A DNA stretch of 16,661 nucleotides, from positions 1 through 16,661 of the forward strand of contig JBBRUX010000065.1 of the NCBI GenBank assembly GCA_038247415.1. The letters are read 5' to 3'. The notes beneath the pieces were generated by a model. It was not told the origin of the DNA and did no database searches. It saw only the letters and a list, made by a program, of their open reading frames with translations. The position numbers were made by a program, and so were the translations under genes. Shown in pieces: positions 1 through 7,486 of the stretch. Every line of letters begins with the position of its first letter. Within the stretch, counting starts at the first letter, position 1. The stretch comes from Chitinivibrionales bacterium. Lineage in GTDB: Bacteria > Fibrobacterota > Chitinivibrionia > Chitinivibrionales > WJKA01.

Positions 1-140
1 CGAAGAAAGCGATTATGGAAGTGATTGTTGAAGGTACAGCCAAAGGCGTAAGCCGAAACCGGACATGCGAACTGCTCCAGATCAAGGAGCGCCGTGTCCG
101 GCACTGGAGTTCCCGCGATATGCTTGTGGATGCCAAGCCT
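1..140 (+). mobile_element. Fragment of an IS3-family-like transposase (OrfB N-terminal HTH region), truncated at ~140
   Basis: The frame open from the window edge reads KKAIMEVIVEGTAKGVSRNRTCELLQIKERRVRHWSSRDMLVDAKP, resembling the 'G(V/A)SxxxACELLxIxxRxxxRW' start of IS3-type OrfB. After DAKP the DNA is the antisense strand of the methyltransferase gene. Recognised by eye; no DDE domain or IS end in the window. Confidence 0.5.
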
Positions 141-1502
141 GTTCCATTCTTTCCTCAGTTCCCAAAGCCACGGCGCTTTACCGTCAACAACCTTATTTTC
201 AAGCTCAGGATTAAAGCCTTTTAATACTTCAGCAGGCAAATCACTCCAAATCGAATTATCCTGTCCGTCCTGCTTATCCTGTAAATCGTGTTCTGCCTTT
301 ATTCCGTATTTCACCGCATCATAAATGTATTCATCTCCGCTCTCTTTGACCATTTTTCACAACCGGCTATCGGCCTCAAATGCTTTTGGGTACTGGCGTT
401 TTGTTTCATCGAATAGCCATGGAATAATGCAGTTTTTGCTTATGTAATCGGTAATATCCTCTTTTGTATAGTAAGCACCCATGTCTGCACGATCATTGAT
501 GTACTTCTCGAAAATATAGCCGATAACATCAGGATTTATATCTTTGCCACTTGCGGCTTCGCGGGTATCGAGGTGCCATTCGTATTCGTCAAAGAAATTA
601 AACAGCCTTTCAAATGCTTTATCGTCGATGACGATTTTCTGATATGTCTTTTCCAGCTCGTGTTCATCGAATAGGCCGCCATTGAGGTAGGGGATTTTGC
701 CGATTTCAATTTCCAGATTCTTTGCATGTTCGGGAGCGCCAAGACCTCTATGGAATAATGCCAATAAAAAGTCACGATAGAAAGAATAGAATTTGTTTTT
801 ACCCCGTTTTTCTTTACAGATTTTGAGCTTTTCCTGCAAATAATTTTTATTATTATCGAGGAAACCTTTTTTCTGAATAAAATAACAAAACATAAGCCGG
901 TTGAGTATGAGTGAAGCATACCAATCCATGCTCATTTTATCGTCGATACCTTCAATAAATTTCAAAAATGATGTATGTTCTTTTTTGAAACCCTCGTAAA
1001 ACTTCTTCGTAACTTTTTCGTTATTTTTCTGGAAATTATCAGCAACACGCTTGGTTACGTCGACAATAGTAATTTTATCTTCTTCGTCTAATGTAAAGAA
1101 TAATCCGCTTGCCCGTTGATATAAAAGTTCCGGGTCTTGAATTGGCAAATAGCGAGTTTCGCTTATTTTTGTAGGTAACCCGGTTTTCCGTACTGCCAGT
1201 TGCCAGATTTGTGAAGATTTATCTGCATCGTGGAATATTATCAGGTGTTCCAGAAAATGCTTGGCTACTTTGTTTTCTATCTTTTTTCGTATACTGTTAT
1301 CGGGCATCGGTGCACCATCTGCAGGCACACAGGTAAGAATCCTGAATCCACTCTTTTCCGCCATGCAACGCAGAGAGTATGCCATGTTATCAACAATAAT
1401 CGGCAAATTTGTCCGGTCATTGTTCCAACCCATATCATTAAACAATTCACGGAATTCAAATTGCTTGATATAACGAGCAAAAGATGCTTTGGAAATCGAC
1501 AT
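141..1502 (-). pseudogene. N-terminal part of an Eco57I/type IIG/PglX-like N6-adenine DNA methyltransferase; in-frame TGA at 357-359 and 3' truncation near 140
   Basis: Motifs RLMFCYFIQKKGFL, IPYLNGGLF and INPDVIGYIFEKYI..GAYYT. Likely start is the ATG at 1502, 1 nt after the helicase stop. The frame continues past the TGA as KMVKESGDEYIYDAVKYG...WELRKEWNR, then runs into IS antisense sequence. The SAM-binding DPxCGSG and NPPY motifs are absent. Confidence 0.85.
256..293 (-). repeat. 9-nt-periodic CAGGA(T/C) repeat in frame in the methyltransferase (encodes EHDLQDKQDGQD)
   Basis: The + strand has TCCTG at 259, 268 and 277 and TCGTG at 286. The minus strand reads GAACACGATTTACAGGATAAGCAGGACGGACAGGATAA. 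Confidence 0.7.
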
Positions 1503-1503
1503 T

Positions 1504-4028
1504 CTATTTAGCCCCATTCTTTAAGCCCATTGAACAGATAATCTGCGGTTGCTTGGTTACAAATTCTTCATCTTCAGTAATACATAATTTATCATCATCC
1601 CGCAAAGAAGTAATAAGGTAGGCAAGGTCTTCGTCGGAAATGCCTGCTTTCAATTGCCGCCCGATATTATCCCGGGCATATTCTTTTAAGGGGTATTTGT
1701 AAATATCGTCAACCGCTTTCTTGAGTTCCTCAGTAATCCAGATTGACCCTTCCTTCTCCTTGCAGAAGCGATCGATACGCATGTAAACACGGTATTTCAC
1801 ACTCGTTTTCTTGCCAAGTGCTCCACCTGCGGTGGACTCTTCCTTTTTTATCATATCAACAGCTTTTTTAGCAATGTCATGATGATTCGGCAATCGCATC
1901 AGCGCCGCAGTTTCTGGTGTGCATTCAACAATCTTCAAAATTGCCAATTGTGATTGTGTGATTAGCTTCCCCCGCGAATCGAGCCATGCAAGAACATCGT
2001 TGTCATCCGCAGTGCGGGTATACACGACAACACCTGCTTTTTCTATCTCGTGTTCATTCTCTTTTGTCCCGTAGATCACGTTCGGCATATCAGGAATTGT
2101 TTTTGCAAGGGTATAATCACGATCAAGCGCATTCTTCCATATCTGGTAGGCGAAGGAGGCAAGATCTACTTCAGTATCGTCCTCATCGTCAAGAATACCT
2201 GATTTTTCGCTGTATAGGTCATGGATATTAACCGGGTCGCCATCAAAGAATGTTTCGTCGGCCCCTAACACTTCTGAATTTTCTTTAATACGGTCTGTTA
2301 GTCTTCCACGGAGGCGGATAATGTTTTCAAGTCCATCTTCGGGTAGGAAGGAATAGCAGCAAATGCATTCCGATTTTTGACCAATACGGTCAACGCGGCC
2401 TGCGCGCTGAATAAGCCGTATAATAGCCCATGGCAGATCATAATTAAGGACGATATGCCCGTCCTGCAGGTTCTGGCCTTCACTCAACACGTCTGTAGTA
2501 ACAAGGACTCGCAATTCTTGACCTGTTCCAGCTATCGCATGTTTTTCATTGCTTCGTGGACTAAAACGATGCGCATAAAGTGTCGGATTTTCGGCATCAC
2601 CTGTCACCACATCGAATTGTTCGACCTTTCTTTCACATAATTGCTCGTGCAGGTATTTTGCAGTATTGGCATATTGTGTAAAAATCAGAATTTTATCCTT
2701 GCTATGCGTTTTTGAAATAAGATCGTGAAGCGCATTGAGTTTCCGGTCTTCTGCCGGCTTCCATTCTTTTGCAATAGCAAGGATTTTAATAATCTCTTTT
2801 GCGTCAGCTAACAACACCTTTGCCAAATCATTTTCAAACAAATCACAGGTAATCCATTCAAATCGGGTTTTGTAGTTCGTTGCTAATAAAGAATAAACCT
2901 GTTCTGCATTGCTCAGATACTTCTCTTCGTCAAGAATAAAAGAAATGTTGTTTTCATCACCCTCTTTGTCGGTGTCGTCATCTTCGATGAAATCGTCAAG
3001 GTTTTCGACAATATTTTTCCCAATGGCAAAGCCAAGCGGTTTTCCAAGGCGTAAATAAAAACAAAATTTCTGAGAATATGGCGGGATAGTGATAACAGGA
3101 AAGCATAACCGCTGCTTTCAAGACGTTTGAAAAGATTTGTGCGGCAAAAACCCATAAGCCGCTTACCGGCACGCGAGAGATTAGCGATTACTATGTCTTC
3201 TTCTTTGTTCGGCTGTCGTGCTGGCTTATCGCTTATGTAATTACCTAACCCATACCGGGGCAAAGTAAGGCTGTTAATGCTATCGACCACCTTGTCTGAA
3301 TAGAGCCTTGCATACTGATCTTTCCTGTCATCGGGATTAAACTCGTATTCAACCTTTTTAGGAATTCGGTCTGGAAAATACGACCTTGTTCCGTCAGCGA
3401 AGGTAAGAAATTTCCGCCCACTTTCGGGGTCTGTCGATGCGTAGTTGTTCTTTATAAAACTGCGAGTTCTGCGCACAAGGTAAAGGCGCATAAGTTCCCG
3501 CCAATCATCAGCAAAGTCGCTGCGCTCAAACGCCTTAATGCTTCTAACAAAAGTTTCAGTGTGCTTTGCTTGAAAATGAACTTGACCTCCGATACTTTCA
3601 ATATAGCGCTCCGGGCTAATACCAAGGTCAGCATCATCTGCAATAAAAAGCCTTAACTGGTTGGATAAATCTTTGTACGATTTATTATACGGCGTTGCCG
3701 TAAGTAAAATTACTTTGCTTTCGTTCTCTTCAAGATATGCCTTAATCGCGCGATACCTGCCACCTTCGTCATTACGGAGATTATGGCTTTCATCAATAAT
3801 TACAACCCTATATCGCCTTAGAGTAGGCAGAAGACGTTGAACCATGCTTTGAGAAATTACTTTCGCATGAAGTTGGTATTTGTGAACATAGCCTTCCCAC
3901 ATTTCTACAAGGTTTTTCGGGCAGATTATCAATGTTTCCAGAAAGAAATCTTCTTCAAGGATTTTCGCCAGTGCTGTGGCGACGATTGTCTTGCCTAAGC
4001 CGACAACATCACCTATAAGTACACCCCC
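1504..4028 (-). pseudogene. SNF2-like (SF2) helicase/translocase of an R-M-like defence operon; 5' truncated and frameshifted at ~3024
   Basis: Walker A GGVLIGDVVGLGKT (GDVVGLGKT at 4013-3987) is in frame with ORF 2913..3932, which has Walker B IIDESHN and motif III LLTATP. ORF 1504..2841 has TDVLSEGQNLQ, NYDLPW and QRAGRVDRIG. Adding 1 nt at ~3024 joins the two halves as ...LALPIGKNIVENLDDFIEDDD...EWITCDLFENDLAK. No ATG/GTG/TTG lies between the upstream in-frame TAG (4095-4097) and Walker A. Confidence 0.9.
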
Positions 4029-4116
4029 TGAATTTATGGATTTTTTCTGTGACCCTTGGAAATACCCGAAGGGGTACGCCTCCGTCTTCTGGTGCTAAAA
4101 AACAATAATATTCAAG

Positions 4117-4138
4117 TCCCGACAAGTCGAGATCGGGA
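4117..4138. repeat. Small REP-like palindrome TCCCGACAAGTCGAGATCGGGA
   Basis: TCCCGA/TCGGGA arms with an alternative inner CGAC-AA-GTCG stem; intergenic. Confidence 0.35.
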
Positions 4139-4203
4139 TTCTGATTTTAAATTGTCTTTATTCTTCGCGCGCGCCTATAATTCTTTCTTGCCTGGTTTGT
4201 TTT

Positions 4204-4283
4204 GCACAACGTTGACAAAGCATGAAGTGGCCGGATTGCCGACATGAAACTGCCTGCGCGGTCGTTTGCGCTTTCTAATATCG
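4204..4283 (-). other. Remnant right half of a long attC-like site ending in core site GTTGTGC
   Basis: The minus strand reads ...GGCAATCCGGCCACTTCATGCTTTGTCAAC-GTTGTGC directly after the preceding attC. No matching RYYYAAC left end and no cassette ORF, suggesting a deletion. Confidence 0.4.
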
Positions 4284-4342
4284 TAATAACGTCACGCTTG
4301 AGCTGCCGAGCTTGCGAAATCATTTTTAAGTATTTGTTGAGC
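4284..4342 (-). other. attC site (59 bp) closing cassette 2; left arm degenerate or chimeric
   Basis: The minus strand reads GCTCAAC-AAATA-CTTAAAAA-N19-GCTCAAG-CGTGAC-GTTATTA, which gives the canonical R''(RYYYAAC)/5/L''(8)/centre/L'(7)/6/R'(GTT) spacing. The cassette ORF stop (4292-4294) lies inside the site. L'' pairs with L' only over CTT/AAG. Confidence 0.7.
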
Positions 4343-5219
4343 CTTTACTGCAATAAGTACGGCCTCTGCTCTTCTGAACAATTCGAGGGTCTTCTTCAGA
4401 TCCAAACGCTGGGTCTCATCAACAATGCGGAATTCTTGATCCATAATCGCAACGGTCATGTAGTTTCCGTTGCCGAACCGATCAGGACGCTTCACCTTTA
4501 TGTCGTGTCGTGAGCATTCATTGACGATTTTTTTGTGCCAGAATTCGCGAAGCTCTCGTCGCTTCTCGGGGTCTTTCACCCAAATCTTGAAACAGAACTT
4601 TTCCTGCTCCAGCTGGAGGTACTGTTCACACTGATCATCTCCCTCGAAATGCCACCAGAAACCAAGGAAGCTTCCTGAAGCTTTGGACATCATTCTCAAT
4701 TTTCCTGAGATAGCAGGTGTAACTTGATAAAATGTCACTTTTCTCACACGCAGCATTTCCGGCTACACTTTCGAGCACTTTAAGTAATGTCTGTCTTTCG
4801 TAAACCATGTATCCATGCTTTTCGACTTCACGATAATCGCTTTGATCTCTAGTCTGTAGGTATATCGAAAGTATTTTGTCTGCGGGGAATTTCAACTTCG
4901 ATACGTATTCTTTGTACCGAGGAAGTTGCTCTGAATGCTGTTTGGTTCCTACCTTATCTTCTATAATAATCGCTGTATCACCGTTAACAATACAGAGAAT
5001 ATCAATTCCACCATCTTGCTGGCGGATTTCAATGCTTTCATAAATTGATGGTGCCTTTATAGACGTTTTTTCATAGATGGAGTCGATGAATGCTATGCCA
5101 ACCTTATGAATATTTGGATCTTCTGATTTCTGCTTCTTGTCTGCCCAGGACAGAAACCACCACAGCATAGCGTCCTGAGACAATTCTGATGTGGCGTACC
5201 AGAAGAGATTTGGTCGCAT
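4292..5219 (-). pseudogene. PD-(D/E)XK nuclease-superfamily protein (gene cassette 2), split by a frameshift at ~4665-4671
   Basis: The N-terminal ORF 4635..5219 has ATSELSQDA and IDIL...IIIEDK...H..QL.RY catalytic motifs, with a GGAGG RBS before the ATG at 5219. The protein-like C-terminal half (FLGFWWH...YLQLEQEKFCFKI...RFGNGNYMTVA) is in the 4292..4756 frame. Confidence 0.8.
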
Positions 5220-5247
5220 TTGTCATCTTCCTCCATTTTCTATTGTG

Positions 5248-5288
5248 GCCTAACGCAGGCAGAGTCAAGCCTGAGGCGATTGTTAAGC
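5248..5288 (-). other. attC site closing cassette 1, internally deleted (41 bp)
   Basis: The minus strand reads GCTTAAC-AATCG-CCTCAGGC-TTGACTCTGCCTGC-GTTAGGC, with perfect RYYYAAC and GTTRRRY cores. It lies 11 nt after the stop of the upstream gene and 28 nt before the next ATG. The L' box and spacer are missing. Confidence 0.75.
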
Positions 5289-5299
5289 CATTTTTTGAA

Positions 5300-5653
5300 T
5301 TACTGCGTCTTTAATACTATAACCACTATCGAAGCAAGTATAGAAATCCCAGACAAGACATAGGCAAGATAGATTCTTTTTGATAATATTTTTATAACGT
5401 CTGAAAGAGTATTTAATTGTGACGCCATGTTTTGGACGAGCTGAGCTTGTTCTATTTCATTTTCTTCAAGTTGGTTGATTCTATCCAAATATTCTTTACT
5501 ATTATTTATTGTATTGGTTTCGTTTTCTTTCGACTTGCCGCCAGTAAATCTCTTTTGTACTGCTTTATTAATTTTCATTGCCACATCTAATATTAGCGGG
5601 CTAAATTTACCGATTTCTTTCCATGGTATTTTGGCAAGTATTTCCAGACCCAT
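5300..5653 (-). CDS. Hypothetical protein, coiled-coil plus C-terminal transmembrane helix (gene cassette 1)
   Basis: 117-aa ORF with an AGGAG RBS, a heptad-like segment RINQLEENEIEQAQLVQNMASQL and a hydrophobic tail IYLAYVLSGISILASIVVIV. It is AT-rich and bounded by GTTAAGT and GCTTAAC. Confidence 0.8.
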   Translation of the reverse strand: MGLEILAKIPWKEIGKFSPLILDVAMKINKAVQKRFTGGKSKENETNTINNSKEYLDRINQLEENEIEQAQLVQNMASQLNTLSDVIKILSKRIYLAYVLSGISILASIVVIVLKTQ

Positions 5654-5682
5654 TTTTCTTCTCCTTTTTGTAAATATATGTG

Positions 5683-5760
5683 ACTTAACTTGTATCAGGA
5701 AGTAAACGGCTTAATGTATTATTCTATATACCGATAATTTTATATATCGACGATATATCC
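5683..5760 (-). other. Putative attI-like region; core site GTTAAGT at 5689-5683
   Basis: GTTRRRY lies 29 nt upstream of the first cassette ATG and is complementary to that cassette's R'' (GCTTAAC). No attC-type hairpin precedes it. The upstream AT-rich tract has repeated (C/G)G(A/G)TATAT motifs and an 8-bp inverted repeat ATATATCG-A-CGATATAT (5742-5758). Confidence 0.45.
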
Positions 5761-5884
5761 ATTCGTAGTTCAATTGCTACCACGATGGCAGCTTGTTTTT
5801 CATTTGCGCCATTCTTCATTTTACATTTTTGTCTTCACTCAGCGACTCTCATTTCATTCGTGCCAGTTTATTGCAACCAACTCC

Positions 5885-5908
5885 TGATTTGACGATACCG
5901 TCAAATCA
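5885..5908. repeat. Perfect 10-bp inverted repeat TGATTTGACG-ATAC-CGTCAAATCA
   Basis: Directly visible. It has no U-tract, so it is more likely an operator or element end than a terminator. Confidence 0.6.
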
Positions 5909-5931
5909 CCCAAAACGGAACATAGTGTGCT

Positions 5932-6366
5932 ATGATTCTAACAAATCTCAAAAAATCTCCATTTAGACAATATACAATGGGGCTATGCTACATGGGGCAT
6001 TCTTTGAATGGAATAACGCAGACACCGAGCATGATTGAAAGCCTTCAAGCTTTTAGGTTATTTGAAACCGCTTCTGTTGAAATGCTTTCGCTAATTGACA
6101 AGTAGTCAACAATTCTAATCCCTAACCAATCTTACCGAGAAACCGCAACTCTTGCTGAGGTAGTTCCTGACAATGTAGTCGTAGAAGACGAAACCGTGGT
6201 ATGCGAAAGACGCATCAAGCTCAGTAGCACTCCACCAATCGAGCTTCCCCTCAACACAACCTCACGACTACCGGCTTTGATCCGGTATAAATACAAAACC
6301 AAGCAAACGAATGGAACGACGATTGTAAAATTCTCTCCTTTTTTCCCGCGCCATTCCTTTTTTTAG
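5932..6366 (+). pseudogene. Possible interrupted ORF of unknown function (144 codons with one internal TAG at 6103-6105)
   Basis: ATG at 5932, 57 codons, TAG, then 86 more sense codons in the same frame to TAG at 6364-6366. No recognisable motif or clear RBS. Confidence 0.25.
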
Positions 6367-6524
6367 TCTTCGAACGGGTAGCATTGGCGCCAACCCCACT
6401 TCAGATGTCATCAACTCTAATAGCTAGATATTTATACCTTGGTGTATTTTTAGATTCTTAATTTTAACATGGATCATAAGTACGGAATAACCTTTTTATA
6501 GTCCTTTTTGTGCAAGGAGATTTG

Positions 6525-7403
6525 ATGAGCGCAACTATTATTGATGGTAAACAGATTTCAAACAGTATCCGACAGGAATTAAAAGAATCGATTAGGCAGC
6601 TTAAGGAAAAAGGAATTGTTCCAGGGCTGGCTGTTGTTCTTGTTGGCGAAAATCCTGCGTCGCAGTCGTATGTGCGCATGAAAGGGAAAGCATGTGAAGA
6701 ATTGGGACTTTTTTCGATTCAGCATAATTGCCCGGCCACCACTTCGGAATCAGAACTAATTGAGCTTATCGACTCGCTCAATGGAGATCCAAAAATCCAT
6801 GGGATTTTGGTGCAGCTCCCTCTCCCGAAGCATATTAACGAAAATGCTATAATTAATAGGATCTGCCCGTACAAAGATGCAGATGGTTTTCATCCGGCAA
6901 ATATTGGCAAGGTGCTTATTGGTGAAGATTCATTTCGGCCATGTACGCCGTATGGTATTCAAAAATTACTTGCTTATGCAGGGTATAGTACCGTAGGAAA
7001 GCATGTTGTAATTGTTGGTCGCTCCAATATCGTTGGTAAACCTATAGCTGCCATGCTTATGCAAAAAGGCGACGACGCCGACGCAACCGTTACGGTATGC
7101 CATTCCAAAACTCCTAACCTTTCGTCAATTACACGTCAGGCAGATATTCTTATTGCTGCAATAGGAAAACCAGAAATGATAACCGCTGATATGGTATCAG
7201 ACAAAACGGTTGTGATTGATGTTGGCATTAATAGGGTAGACGACCCAGGTTCATCTAAGGGCTATAAAATTGTGGGAGATGTAAAGTTTGATGAAGTAGC
7301 AAAGCGTTGCAAAGCCATTACCCCTGTACCTGGTGGCGTTGGGCCTATGACAATTACAATGCTTATGTATAACACTGTAAAGGCAGCTCTCGCCAAGGCA
7401 TAA
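6525..7403 (+). CDS. folD: Bifunctional methylenetetrahydrofolate dehydrogenase/cyclohydrolase
   Basis: Motifs IIDGK, PGLAVVLVGENPASQSYVRMK, GILVQLPLP, KDADGFHP, PCTP, GRSNIVGKP and TPVPGGVGPMT. AGGAG RBS precedes the ATG at 6525. Confidence 0.98.
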   Translation: MSATIIDGKQISNSIRQELKESIRQLKEKGIVPGLAVVLVGENPASQSYVRMKGKACEELGLFSIQHNCPATTSESELIELIDSLNGDPKIHGILVQLPLPKHINENAIINRICPYKDADGFHPANIGKVLIGEDSFRPCTPYGIQKLLAYAGYSTVGKHVVIVGRSNIVGKPIAAMLMQKGDDADATVTVCHSKTPNLSSITRQADILIAAIGKPEMITADMVSDKTVVIDVGINRVDDPGSSKGYKIVGDVKFDEVAKRCKAITPVPGGVGPMTITMLMYNTVKAALAKA

Positions 7404-7426
7404 TTGAGAACGTTGTTTTGGATATA

Positions 7427-7468
7427 AAAAAAGAAACGGCGAAGATTACTCTTCGCCGTTTCTTTTTT
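7427..7468. terminator. Bidirectional rho-independent terminator between convergent folD and hppA
   Basis: Perfect 19-bp inverted repeat AAAAAAGAAACGGCGAAGA-TTAC-TCTTCGCCGTTTCTTTTTT with T tracts on both strands. Confidence 0.93.
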
Positions 7469-7486
7469 GTAAAAACTAGCGGTTCG

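Noticed and set aside
357..359. TGA read as Trp (alternative genetic code)
   Set aside because: mnmA and the response regulator end at TGA at plausible C-termini, the long housekeeping genes have no internal TGA, and the operon has other lesions. A nonsense mutation is simpler.
3015..3027. Programmed -1 frameshift at G GGA AAA in the helicase
   Set aside because: The heptamer fits X XXY YYZ, but I see no clear stimulatory structure, restoring one base gives a natural LPIG reading, and the gene has no start codon. Decay is more likely.
5760..6420. Integron integrase remnant
   Set aside because: No HxLRHxxATH or YTHV-type motifs in the frames I translated.
6260..6520. ZTP or THF riboswitch upstream of folD
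   Set aside because: The conserved ZTP 3' motif (CGCCUGGGC-like) is absent and I found no convincing aptamer stems.
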